Assembly: GCF_009914755.1 (NCBI RefSeq)
Contig: NC_060944.1
DNA from: the human T2T-CHM13v2.0 reference genome, Homo sapiens
Strand: one strand, 5' to 3'
DNA: 64,000 bases
The position numbers were made by a program, and so were the translations under genes. Shown one piece after another: positions 48,040 through 64,000 of this stretch. Under the pieces are notes generated by a model. That model did not search any database. It had not been told where the DNA came from and saw only the letters and a program-made list of their open reading frames with translations. Within the stretch, counting starts at the first letter, position 1, and each line of letters opens with the position of its first letter.

Positions 48040-49172
48040 TAATTTATTACTGATGGTAATGATTTTTAAGTTTCCTTTAAAGGACGTTTATGTAAGTGAA
48101 AAGAAATAAGTCATAGTAAAGCTGATACCCGGATGTAGACTAAACTCTGAAGGCAGCCTGGATGACTTTCATTTGGCAAGCTCCGTAGGCAAGGCTGGGT
48201 CCCCAACACAGCCCTGTAGATCCTGTGGGGAGTACCACCAAATTTTTAAAGTGGATTTGTAAGGAGGAGAAACTGAGGCAGCAGTTGAAGTGGCTTTGCC
48301 AGGGCCACTCATTAAAGAGTCTCCGGCCAGCAGGGGATAGATGGAGAAAGAACTCATCAGAGGCCTGTAGACTGCGCTGGGGAGAGGGGATCGTGCGTCT
48401 TTGGGACCTGGCTGTCTCTGTCCCACCCCAGTGCCTTTGGGCTCTCCCTAGTTCCTTCCCTCTGCTGCCTTTCTGGGGCAGCCTTTAGGAGAACAGCTCT
48501 GACCTGTCCTTTGTATCTTAGCAGGAATGAGTTTGATTTGAGAAGCGGATTCCTTCTCCCCGGGAAAGGCACAAAGTTTTCTTTCCAAGTGCAGGTTGAA
48601 ACTAACTCCTGGTGAAGAAGCTCACGGCACCATCCAGCATGTACGTGAGGAGTTTTGTGTTCGGAATGTTTTTAACCCTCTAAAATTATCCCACAAGCTC
48701 CCAGACAATCCAGCAATGCAACAGTGTCCCTCCCCCACAGCCCAGGATGAATGACAGTGTGGGGAAGTGCACGTTGGATTCTATGCCCTGCTCTGCCACT
48801 GGCTGGCTATGTGACCTAGGGCAAATGACTGGATATCTCTGAGCCTCCATTTCCTTGGTGCAAAAGTGCAGCAATAAAGCTAGCCTTTCAAGTGTGAGAT
48901 GAAGCTGCCACAGCCAACACAAGGGCCCTTCCATGAATGTCAGGCTTCCTTGCAGCCTGTCCCCCCATAGCATCTCAACAGGCACCCTAGCACTCATCTT
49001 GAAAAATAAGGCAAGACTTCATCTCCCTACCCACCCTGGAAAATGATGGGAGATCAGTGCTGTGGAGGAATAGCTCAGGCCCCCAAGTAAAAAAAGAAAA
49101 AAAAAATTGGGTGGGGCCTAAGGAAATGGCCAGTTCCAGAGATGCGTGCATAAGATGTATATTACAGGAGTG

Positions 49173-49489
49173 CCGTCATCTCTTGGTATCCGAGGCAGAT
49201 TGGTTCCAGGACTCCCATGGATACCAAATCTGAAGATGCTCAATTTCCTGATATAAAATTTACATATAACCTATGCACATCCTCCTGAATAGTTTAAATC
49301 ATCTCTAGATTACTTATAATACCTAATATAATGTAAATGCTATGTACATAGTTATACTGTATTGTTTTTTATTTGTATTATTTTTTATTTCTGTTTTTTT
49401 TTTCTATTTTCAAATGTTAGTTGAAACCAACCAAATATTTGTTGGTTGAATCTGTGGTTGTAGAACCTGTGGATACGAAGGGCCAACTG
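49173..49489 (+). mobile_element. MER2 (TcMar-Tigger)
   Basis: GATTGGTTCCAGGAC...AAATCATCTCTAGATTACTTATAATACC...GAAGGGCCAACTG. Confidence 0.9.
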
Positions 49490-49787
49490 TATTTACAATG
49501 GCAAACATTTAGAAGCAATCTAGATGTTAAATCTTATGGGATTTGCTAAGTAAGTCATAGCACTGCCTTAAAGTGGAGCTGGCTTTATGTTGATTGTACA
49601 CTTGTGTTTACTGTGACTGTTGGTTGACTGGTCAGCATTCACTCCCTCTTCCTCCTTCCTCAGGACACTCAGTTTTCTTTGGATTTCTGCCCCTTTCTGA
49701 GGCAGCCATGAGACTCAAGAGAAGCTGACCCCATCCTTTGCTCTGAGGGTAGGCTCTAGCTAGTCTAAGCAACGAGTCAGCACACTT

Positions 49788-50074
49788 TTTTTTTTTCTTT
49801 TTGAGATGGGTGTCTCACTTTGTCGTCCAGGCTGGAGTGATGCAATCTCAGCTCACTGCAACTTCTGCCTCCTGAGTTCAAGTGATCCTTCCACCTCAGC
49901 CTCCTGAGGACCACAGGCATGAGCCACCACGCTGGGCTAATTTTTTGTATTTTTGGTATAGATGGGGTTTTTCCCTGTTGCCCAGGCTGGTCTCCAACTC
50001 CTGAGCTCAAGCAATCCACCCACCTCGGCCTCCCAAAGTGCTCAGATTACAGGCATGAGCCACCGCACCCAGCC
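49788..50074 (-). mobile_element. AluJb-like
   Basis: Dimer; TSD AGCAC(A/G)CTT. Confidence 0.9.
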
Positions 50075-50084
50075 AGCACGCTTC

Positions 50085-50265
50085 TTATATAAAAGGCCAG
50101 ATAGTAAATATTTTAGGCTTTGCAGGCCATGCAGTATCTCTCACAATGAATCATCTGCTGTTGAGGCAGACAAGCAGCCATTGGTTATATACAAAAATGA
50201 TTCCAATAAAACTTACAAAACCAGGCCATGGGCCACATTTGGCCAGCAGGCAGGAGTTTGCCCAC
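50085..50265 (-). mobile_element. MER58A
   Basis: AAAGGCCAGATAGTAAATATTTTAGGCTTTGCAGGCCA. Confidence 0.85.
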
Positions 50266-50414
50266 TCCATTATAAGCCATTCATGATAGCCCAATCCCCC
50301 ATCAATAATTGCTTCAGAAACTCAGTCTGAAGCCCACGGGCAGCAGGCACAGCCCTGGGGAGAGTTATTGGTCCCGCAGATGAAGAAGAATAACAGGGAG
50401 GCAATGATAGGTCA

Positions 50415-51044
<630 letters not shown>

Positions 51045-51060
51045 TTACACAGCCGATGTT

Positions 51061-51384
51061 TTTCTTTTTTTCTTTACTTTTTTTTTTTTTTTTTTTTGAG
51101 ACAGAGTCTCACTCTGTAGTCTAGGCTGGAGTGCAGTGGCAGGATCTTGGCTCACCACAACCTCTGCCTCCCTGGTTCAAGCCATTCTCATGCCTCGGCC
51201 TCCTGAGTAGCTGGGATTACAGGCACCCACCACCACCACGCCTGGCTAATTTTTTGTATTTTTTTGTAGAGATGGGGTTTTGCCATATTGGCCAGGCTGG
51301 TTTCGAACTTCCGGGCTCAAGTGATTTACCTGCCTCGGCCTCCCAGAGTGCTGGGATTACAGGCATGAGCCACTGCACCCATCC
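51061..51384 (-). mobile_element. Alu (old S or Jb)
   Basis: Dimer; TSD about AGCC(G/A)ATGTT. Confidence 0.95.
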
Positions 51385-51498
51385 GAGAGCCAATGTTAAT
51401 GGTAGTCACGGCTCGGTGGTAACTGTCACTTTTATGCGTCCTAATTTTTCTATAATATACATACATTATTTGAGTAAGAAAAATAAACATGTTTGTAG

Positions 51499-52802
<1,304 letters not shown>

Positions 52803-53769
52803 TGTGCTCTACAGAAAGAAACGAGACACAATGAGCAGGGACACGGAGCTGTGCTTGGCGGGAGCGGGGGTGACTCTGAGCCCAGGCCCTGCCTCCCACA
52901 CCCACATTTGCAGAGAGGAAGGAGCTGTGAGATTTGTTTGCACTCAGTTCAGTGAATCAAGTCGCCAGGCGGGCATCAGCAGTACCTTAGACTCTATCAC
53001 AATATTTCCTTTGGCTCCCGTCTTCACCTTAAAGGTGAAGTTGACGGGGGTTTGCATGGAGCTGCTCTGAGCTCACTCCCTTGGGTCACTCTGGAGGCGT
53101 GCAAGCACGAAGAAAGCTCATTTTTCTGCTCTCAAAAACAATCATGCCCTTTCCTTCTCTCATTTATTTTTTTTATTTTGAGTCCAATTTAGAAAGGGCT
53201 GGGGGCCGTGACTCAGTCCTTCCTCATGCTCCTTAAAGAGGCCGAGTTCAGGAGCATGGAGCTCAGCTAATCTCCAGGGGTGACATTTATGAGCCACAGG
53301 GGTGGAACGCATGGCTGGTTTTCCTGTTGGAACATTCGGGAGCTGTGGCGTGGGGCACCCTGTACCAGGTAGCCCTGGGGTGATCCACCACCCCCCTGCA
53401 GGGACAGCCCCAAAGACTCCTCAGCTGTGGAGCTGGAGGTGCAGGGTAGGGAGCTAGGGCAAGGGGTAGCCGGTGGCCTTTCCAGGGCCTGGGTGAGGGC
53501 CGGTGCTAACAGAACCTTCCAGCACCTTCTAGTGCCCACGCCTGAGGACAAGGTGGGAGGACCACACCCTGGAGGGCAGCCCGGTGCCTGGTAGCCCTCA
53601 GTGATCAGGAAGGAAATGAGAGAGGTAACCTTGCCACCTCCCTAGACCCGTAGTAGGATGATGTCACCCTCTGGTGACAGATGGAGTGGGGCTTGTGGAA
53701 TTTACTGTCTTTAGTGTGATCATTCAGCAAATGAGCAGGATGTGTTGGGGGAGGAGCTTGGCTTTGGCA

Positions 53770-55010
53770 CCACTTGGATATGAGTTTAAACACCAGCTCT
53801 GCCAGTGACCGTGGGTGACACATAGTGCCTCCCAGAGCCTCAGTTTTCTCTCTGTAAAATGGACATAAATACTCTGAACAAGCAAATAGTTAGAAGGCGC
53901 ACACTAGCAACCAGCATGGGAGCTGTGATGGAGGTGGTGATGTTGATGGTGACCCACCTGGGGCCAGACATGTGCTTAGCATTGGAGATGCAAAAAGAAA
54001 GAAGCCTGGTCTGTGTCCTCTTGTTACTCAGGTCTCATCTTCAAATGTCCCCTCCCCAGAGGGGCTTCCTGGGTGGAACGATCTCGATGAGCCACTGTCT
54101 CACCTTACATGTTCCCTTCATAGCCTGCATGGTCTCCATGTGCCCAGTCGTCTTTTTGCCCAGTAGGCCCTCCATGGGGTTAGAAGCTAGGTTCAATTCA
54201 TTCATCTCTGCATCCCCACTGTCTGGCAGAGTTCCTAGCACAGAGTAGGCATTTGATCAATATTAAATGTCATTTATTGGTTTACTGATTAGGAGCCATA
54301 AAAAGGTCATGGTCCCTGTCCTGGAGGGTTCGCTGTTTTGTGTTCACATCACAGCCTTGTCTGGGGAGCTGCATGTCAGGGAGCTGCATATCAGGAAGCT
54401 GACACTGACATCCGATTGAGGAAGCCCTCTTCGAAATTAAGGGTCCATCCCAGCCTTTCCCATCAGTGGAAATGTACCGTGTGCTTCCCTCAGCCAAACT
54501 TAAGTAGGAAGTAAAATGCATGTGAAATATAAAGCCACAGAGAGCAAATCTTGCACCGGAGTAGATCATGAGCTCTGAGACCCCATGGGGGTGCAAGTGC
54601 TGGGGCTGCCACCAGCCAGCTGGGTGATGTTGAGCAAGTTCCTTTAGCCTCTCAGGATCTCAGTTTCCTCATCTGTAAAGTGGGAATGATGGTAGCTCAC
54701 CTACCTCATGGGCTTGTAGTAAGGATCAAGTGAGATGGCTTGCAGGGGTGAGCACTGTGTTGGATCCAGCCGGTGTTCAATGGTGGGGAGTGATTGGGGG
54801 TGATTCCACTTCCGTTGCCTTGGTGAGAGCCTTGGTCATGTAGCTGCCATCCCTGCTTGCAAATCCCACCTTCATCACTTACTCCACAGCTGGTGTTGGG
54901 CATGATACCTCACCAGCTAAACCTCAAGCCTCAGTTTCCCCACCTGTAAAATGGGGATGACACTGGAACTTTCTGCAAGGTTTGTTGTGAGAATTAAAGG
55001 AGATGTTGAG
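53770..55010 (+). mobile_element. Cluster of MIR (about 53770-53890, 54565-54790, 54870-55010) and L2 tail (about 54020-54270) fragments
   Basis: Repeated CTCAGTTTYC...CTGTAAA cores; CCTAGCACAGAGTAGGC. Confidence 0.7.
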
Positions 55011-55222
55011 CCTTATCTCTGGCCCCTCCCCACCCCTAGTCCTGAGGGCATCCCTAGTCTCAGCCTTAGAAGGGAAGGGGTGGGAAGCGGGACAGGGACC
55101 TTCAGGCAAGGGATGGAATCCCCTTCTGACTTACCTTCCTGGTTGCAAGTGAAGACCTCTGTAAGTCCTCTGCTAACATGGTTGAGTCACCTTGGGCACA
55201 CAGACAGCCTGCGACTGGGTTT

Positions 55223-55555
<333 letters not shown>

Positions 55556-55829
55556 TGCAACTGGGCTTGTATTAGAGAATCACAGCTGCCCTGGCCGTCC
55601 ACAACAGTGAGTGAGGCTCTTGTTCCCCCATCAGCCAGTGGCATCCCTCCCAGAGCCTGAGCAGCCAGGGAGGAAAACTCCCCATCCAGCTGCCTGGCTT
55701 TTCTCGGCAGGGGCAAGGGTGAAAGGTGGGGTGATGGGGACACTGCCTGAGCTCCAAGGGGAGGGTGGCATATTAAAGGGACAGTTGGGATGTCAAAACC
55801 CTCCATGGCTCCTCACTGGCTTGGAGAAA

Positions 55830-56245
55830 TACCCAGAAAAATGCCACATGGTCACAAGCCCAGCAGGATCCTGCTCTGTGGCCTGCCTGACCTCATCCCC
55901 TCCTGCTCTCTGCCTCCCTCAGCAAACCTCAAGCAAACCTGACATATTCGCACCTGGGTCTTGGTGCTTACTGGTACCTCTGCCCAGAATAGTTATCCTA
56001 GGTGTGCACATGGCTCCTTCCTTTCTCTCGTTCAGGGTCTGCTCACTGAGACCCCACTTCACTAACCCCTGCTCTTTCCCTAAAGTGCTTTATCCTTCTT
56101 CGCACCCATCATGACCTAACTTATATTTATTTGTGTCTCCCTCTAGAAAGTCGGCTCCAGCAGATAAGGGATTTTTGTCTCTCTTGTATGCTGTTGTCTC
56201 CCCTGCTCCTAGAATGTTACCTGGCACATAAATATTTACTGAATG
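55830..56245 (+). mobile_element. L2a 3' end
   Basis: CCTAGAATGTTACCTGGCACATAAATATTTACTGAATG. Confidence 0.8.
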
Positions 56246-56272
56246 GATGGATGGATGGATGGATAGATAGAT

Positions 56273-56314
<42 letters not shown>

Positions 56315-56980
56315 CAGATAGATAGATAGATAATGGGTGGGTGGATAGATGGGTGGATGAACTGGTGGATAAATGGGTGGATGGATGGATGGATGGAAGG
56401 ATGAATAGGTGGGTGGGTGGATGAATAGACAGGTGGGTGAATGAGTGATGAGTGGCTGGGTGGGTGGGTAGATGGGTGGATGGATGGATGAATGGATGGG
56501 TGGATGGATGGATGGGTTGATGAGTAGATGGATGGGTGGATGGTGGATGGGTTGATGGGTGGATGAATGGGTGGATGGATGGATGGATGGATGAATGGAT
56601 GGGTGGATGGATGGATGGGTTGATGAGTAGATGGATGGGTGGATGGTGGATGGGTTGATGGGTGGATGAATGGGTGGATGGATGGATGGATGGGTTGATG
56701 GGTGGATGGGTAGGTAGATGGATGAATAGGTAGGCAGATGGATGGGTGGGTGGATGGATGGGTAGATGGGTAGATGGGTGGACAGGTGGAATGGTGGATG
56801 GATGGGTGGGTGGGTAGGTGGATGGATGAATAGGTAGGTGGATGGATGGGTGGGTGGGTAGGTGGATGGATGAATAGGTAGGTGGATGGATGGGTGGGTA
56901 GATGGATGGGTGGACGGGTGGACAGGTGGACTGGTGGGTGAGTGGATGAATGGGTGAGTGGATGGATAAATAGATGGATG
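56240..56980. repeat. GGAT/GGGT array with embedded (GATA)10 GACA (GATA)4 at 56273-56332
   Basis: Direct reading; begins at the L2 tail. Confidence 0.95.
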
Positions 56981-57089
56981 ACATGTGATGGGGTGACTAA
57001 ACAAGTTGAGACCCACTGATAGCAGTTGACATTTGAAAGGAGAATTTCAGCTGGCTCTATGCTCTTTGGAGCAGCTGTGTAACACTGCA

Positions 57090-57575
57090 TGCTGATTACT
57101 TGGCCCTAAGAACCTCAGTTTCTTCATCTGTGAAATGGGAATAATGAGCTTGGTAGAGTAGTATGACCATGTGATAGCATTCATTGACTTCTCGGCATAG
57201 TTAGTGCCTGGACCTCAGTGACACTCAGGAAATGTTTGTTGCTATGATTTTACTTCTGGAGTGTGTCTAGAAAGGAAGATGCGGAGGAAAGGGCCATGGC
57301 AGTTCACATTCAGCTTCTTGGGAAATACAGGAGCCCAACCTGCCAAATATGTAGAATGAGCGCAGAGATGAAAAGACAGGCTTTGGAGTCAGGCCTGGGG
57401 CAGAACCAACTCTTCCACTTTCTAGCTGTGGTTTGGGGCATGTCGCAGGACTCTGCTAAACCTCTGTTTCCTCATGTGTGGCTGGGGATGATACAGAACT
57501 TCCTGCATATGGCCGATTCCAGGATTAAACGAGGAAACTCCATGTGGGCCTGGCACATAGAGGCACTCAGCACTT
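57090..57575 (+). mobile_element. Two MIR fragments
   Basis: CCTCAGTTTCTTCATCTGTGAAATGGG; GCCTGGCACATAG. Confidence 0.7.
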
Positions 57576-57689
57576 AGCATCCTCCGTGTGCACCAGGGTC
57601 TCAACACACACCTCAAATCTCCTGCTTTTTAAATGTCAGTGTGTCAGAGACCACTCTGTCTCCCCCAGATTGATTAGCTCCTTCTTCCT

Positions 57690-58075
57690 TGGCAATGGTA
57701 CCTTTGGGTTTGAGCTGGGCTGCTGCCACCCTGAATAAGCTACATCTCCAGCAGCTACATGTGGCCAAGTGATCAGCTTGGGCCAATAAGCTGTGAGCAG
57801 ATGTGGGCAACAGCCAGGCTGGGCCCTGAGAAGGAGGGTCACACCCTCCCCTCCGCTCTTCCTGCCAGTTGAATCCAGACCTGGCTGACCTGATGGTGAG
57901 GCACACTGTGGACCTTCTGGTAGGGAACATTCTGGAAGGAAGAAGAGCAACAAGAGGAAGGGAGCCTGGGTCCCTGCCCACAGAGCCACATATCCACCTG
58001 CTTATCCTGAAACTGCTCTGGGGGAGAACTACAAACATCTCTTTGCTGTTATTTGGGGTCTCCAGGTCAGCAGCT
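57690..58075 (+). mobile_element. MLT1J-like LTR
   Basis: GTGGCCAAGTGA...GGCCAAT...GGAAGGGAGCCTGGGTCCCTG...TTATTTGGGGTCT. Confidence 0.65.
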
Positions 58076-58256
58076 GAAACTGTACCCTACATACCTGTGG
58101 CAACTACTTCAAGTTGTGAAATAATTGTGCAGAATAACACCTTGTAAACACATCCATGGGCTGGGCATGACTTGTGGAACCACTTGTTTGCAATCTCTGC
58201 TTAGATTCAGAAACCTGACCCGGGAGGAGAGAGCAGGAAATAAACCTGTTTTGTTA

Positions 58257-58600
<344 letters not shown>

Positions 58601-59444
58601 TCAGTAATCTATGGTGAGCTGACTCTATCAAGACTATGCCCTTCCCTTTCCCTGCACTATCTGGTTGAATCCTCAAACCATCCTACACGAGAGGTCCTTT
58701 CAGAGGTACAAGTGTTTAAGACATTAAGTGCAGACCAAGACAGGCTCCACCCAGGACCAGCAGGTGGTCACAGGAACCTCTGACATGAGATATTCCAATC
58801 CCTTCACCCAAGTTATAGATGAGGCTGGGGCCAGAAGAGAGAAGGACAGGTCCTGCCCCTGGACAGCCAGCCAGGTAGTAGCAGCCTGGGGTCTTGGGAG
58901 AGGCATCACTGCAGGTAGAGAAGCAGAAAGAACAAATTTGCAAGGGAGCAGGGGATTCCCTGGCTCGTGGGGTGGGGGTCAGAACTTGCTCCAACTCCTT
59001 TTAAAGTGGCCTCTAGAAAGCAGATGCCCAAAGGGTCCCCGGCGTGTGATGAGACGGGATGGGGCGCCTTGCAGAGTTGGCTGCGATGCCCGCCCCAGAG
59101 GTGTCCTGAGCTTGGCCGCTCTCAGGAATCGCCCTCTCTCCCTCACCCTGCCGTCAGCAGCCCTGACTCAGGCTTCTGTCATCACAGGAAAGCTGTTTTC
59201 CCAAAGCAAGGAGGTCTGTGGTGTGCTTATGGGCAGCCACAAATGAGGGGTCACTGAGCTGCCAAACTGCAATAGAGCAAAGGCTATTTTTAACCAAGAG
59301 AGGGAGAGTTAGGGGGTTAGAAGGATATCCTGACAAGTCAGAAAAAATAAGGCATCACTTCCCGGGTTGACTCAGAGGGCCAGGCTTGCATCTCTCAGTC
59401 TCCTCTTGAACCCTGTACATTTTTTGCAGAAGAGTAATATGTAG

Positions 59445-59635
59445 GAACATCTCCTGGCTCTGCCACTTACTCGCTGTGTGACCTTGGATGATTTATGTAA
59501 CCTCTCTGAGCCTCAACTTTCTCATCTGTAAAATGGAAATAATAGGAGTAATGCCCTGGCAGGACTGTAAGGACTGAGATCATAGCAGTCAAGCCCCCAG
59601 CGTGAATGGAACGCTCTGTTGATGAGCACGTCTTT
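59445..59635 (+). mobile_element. MIR
   Basis: GGCTCTGCCACTTACTCGCTGTGTGACCTTGG. Confidence 0.85.
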
Positions 59636-59640
59636 AACCA

Positions 59641-60326
59641 GTGTCTGAGCTTCCTACTGCTGCTGTAATGAATCACCTCAAAATGAATGGCCTAAAACAA
59701 TGCTGGTTCAGGATCTTACAGCTGTAGAGGTCAGAAGTCCTAGAGTCAAGTTGTGGCAGGCCTGATCCTCCTGGAGGCTCCAGGGCACAATCTGTTTCCT
59801 GCTTTTCTAGCTTCCAGAGGCTGGCCACGTTTCTTGGATCCTAGCCCCTTCCTCCATCTACCAAGCCAGCCAGCAGCGCATCATCTTCTAATCTCTCTCT
59901 CTCTCTGTCTCTCTCTGTCTCTCTCTTTCACACACACACATACACACACAAACACACACACTAGTCTCTCTGTCTCTCTCTCTTCCACACAGACACACAC
60001 ACACCTCTGTCTCTCTGTCTCTTCCACACACACACTAATCTCTCTGTCTCTCTCCTACACACACACACACACACACTTCTGCTTCCATGATCACATCTCC
60101 TGTCTCCTTCTCTGACACTGATACTCCTGTCTCCCTCTTCTAAGAACCCTTGTGATTCCATTGAACCCATCCAGATAATCCAGGATAATCTCCCCCTCTC
60201 AGAATCCATCACTTAGCCACATCTGCAAAGTCCTTTTGTCCTTTTGTCATATAGAGAACCATATTCACAAGCTCTGGGGATCTGAATATGGACAACTTTG
60301 GGAGCCATTATACCAGTTTTCCACTG
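59641..60326 (-). mobile_element. MLT1C-like LTR with CT/CA microsatellite (about 59890-60075)
   Basis: GAGGTCAGAAGTCC...TTCTAGCTTCCAGAGG...CCACATCTGCAAAGTCC. Confidence 0.8.
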
Positions 60327-60356
60327 GTGTTGTGGAAGATGGAATAATGATTTTTA

Positions 60357-61180
<824 letters not shown>

Positions 61181-61289
61181 TGCTAGAGAGAAAACCAAGT
61201 TCTCCACCATAGACATGGGGCTAATGGGGGAGAATAAGCAGCTCCTCCCAAGGATGGATATTCCAGGGTAAAAATGCCCATCACACATA

Positions 61290-61680
61290 TAGTTGGTGGC
61301 TTACCCAAGATCTATCTTTCTTCTTCCTTTCTAAGAGAAACCCTAGCTTGTTCAAGGTCACAGAATGCTTGGCCAAAAAGCTCCATCTCCCAGTCTCCTA
61401 TGACATCATGAGATATAAGAAGTCTGCTGGGGGTTTAGCCATTGAATTCCTGGTGTGTGCCTTCACCCCACCCCATTTGCTTCCTCTCCCCACCAGAAGC
61501 TCAGGAGTGAGACCACAGGGGCAGCAGCCATCTTTCAAGCCCTACCAGGGGGCAACTAGGAAGAGCTCAAGTGCTTAATGATATCTCTGAGCCACTCTAC
61601 CACTGGTGATTGTCTACCCTTAGACGTCTTTCTACCCAAGAAAAAGTAACCTCTTGTTTGTTTAATCCCATTTGCTTTGA
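61290..61680 (+). mobile_element. Old MLT1 LTR
   Basis: CATCTCCCAGTCTCC...GCAGCAGCCATCTT. Confidence 0.5.
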
Positions 61681-61734
61681 CAATTTGGTGTCTCCCTGGC
61701 CTGCCTATATGCTCTCTGCCCTTGTTCCCTATAG

Positions 61735-62074
61735 CAGCAGTCCCCAGTATTTTTGGCACTAGGGACTGGTTTCATGGAAGACAGCGTGTCAATGAACCAG
61801 GGTGGAACAGGGATAGTTTCAGGATGAAACTGTTCCACCTCAGATCATCAGGCATTAGATTCTCATAAGGAGCACACAGCCTAGATCCCTCAAATGCACA
61901 GTTCACAATAGGGTTTGCTCTCCTATGAGACTCTAATGCAGCTGCTGATCTGACAGGAGGCAGAGCTCAGGTGGTAATGCTTGCTCACCTGCCACTCACC
62001 TCCTGCTGTGCGGCCTGGTTCCTAACAGGCCACAGACCAGTACCAGTCCATGGCCCAGGGGTTGGGGACCACTG
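61735..62074 (+). mobile_element. MER1B hAT-Charlie
   Basis: GATGAAACTGTTCCACCTCAGATCATCAGGCATTAGATTCTCATAAGGAG; near 8-bp TSD CCCTATAG/TCCTGTAG. Confidence 0.9.
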
Positions 62075-62279
62075 TCCTGTAGGGAACCTTGCTGGGCAGT
62101 GTTCATGTCCATGTATACACAGCCCATGGTGTGTCTTGCCATTTCAGGGAGAGTCCCACTGGGGAACAAGACCATATAGGGTTGCCCAGGAAGCCCATGT
62201 CACTTACAGAAACTAACCAACTTGGTCCTTTATTTGTAAATGTGAAACCACATTCAGGGCATTGAAAGACATCTGCAGA

Positions 62280-63660
<1,381 letters not shown>

Positions 63661-63664
63661 GAAA

Positions 63665-63920
63665 TAGTAGCTAACAGTTATTTATACCACATATCAGGTA
63701 CTGTTCCAAGCACTCAACATGAATTAACATTAAATGTTTTAATTCTTCATCTTCATGACAACTTTATGAAGCAGTTAGTATCATTATCCGCATTTTTACT
63801 CATGAGAAAATTGGAACACAGAGAGGTTAAGTAACTTGCCCGAAGTTATACAGCCAGTAAGTGGCAGAGGTGGGAATTGAATTCAGACTAACATTAGGGT
63901 CCATGATTTAAAATTTTATA
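63665..63920 (-). mobile_element. MIR
   Basis: CACAGAGAGGTTAAGTAACTTGCCC...AAGTGGCAGAG. Confidence 0.85.
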
Positions 63921-64000
63921 ACTAACGTGGATGGGAGAGGAGGAAGAACACACAAAGGTCAGAATAATTGCAGTAATTTCCTAATCTTTCAATGCAAGGA

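Noticed and set aside
54363-54402. 15-bp tandem repeat GGGAGCTGCATRTCA, about 2.7 copies
   Set aside because: Ordinary short tandem duplication with no spacers, so not CRISPR-like
56090-57090. Pro/His-rich ORFs of 255-308 aa
   Set aside because: Translations of the (TCCA/CCCA)n repeat

Overview
This is primate, most likely human, non-coding genomic DNA. It is dominated by interspersed repeats: AluJ/S/Y, L1PA, L1M/HAL1, L2, MIR, ERV1/ERVL/MaLR LTRs, and hAT and Tigger DNA transposons, plus several simple-repeat arrays. I found no credible protein-coding exon, RNA gene or CRISPR array. The long ORFs in the track that I examined come from simple repeats or transposons, and I could not place the locus on a chromosome. 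Repeat subfamily names are recalled by eye from consensus sequences and need RepeatMasker/Dfam confirmation. Boundaries are approximate unless a target-site duplication (TSD) is cited. I do not see a new gene system. The most unusual signal is a set of short local copy events, where DNA was apparently copied from 0.2-1.6 kb away: 27044-27121 to 27850-27927, 30542-30647 to 28939-29055, and an inverted copy of 39388-39530 at 39022-39166. There is also a hairpin-bounded micro-inversion at about 4270-4320. Other notable items are a 5'-inverted Alu with an intact TSD (47854-48039), a CpG-rich old MLT1 LTR carrying a canonical CTCF motif (about 16.5-17.3 kb), a MER41B with one intact GAS site, and a 700-bp codon-like repeat that expanded inside an MLT1 LTR (45472-46168).
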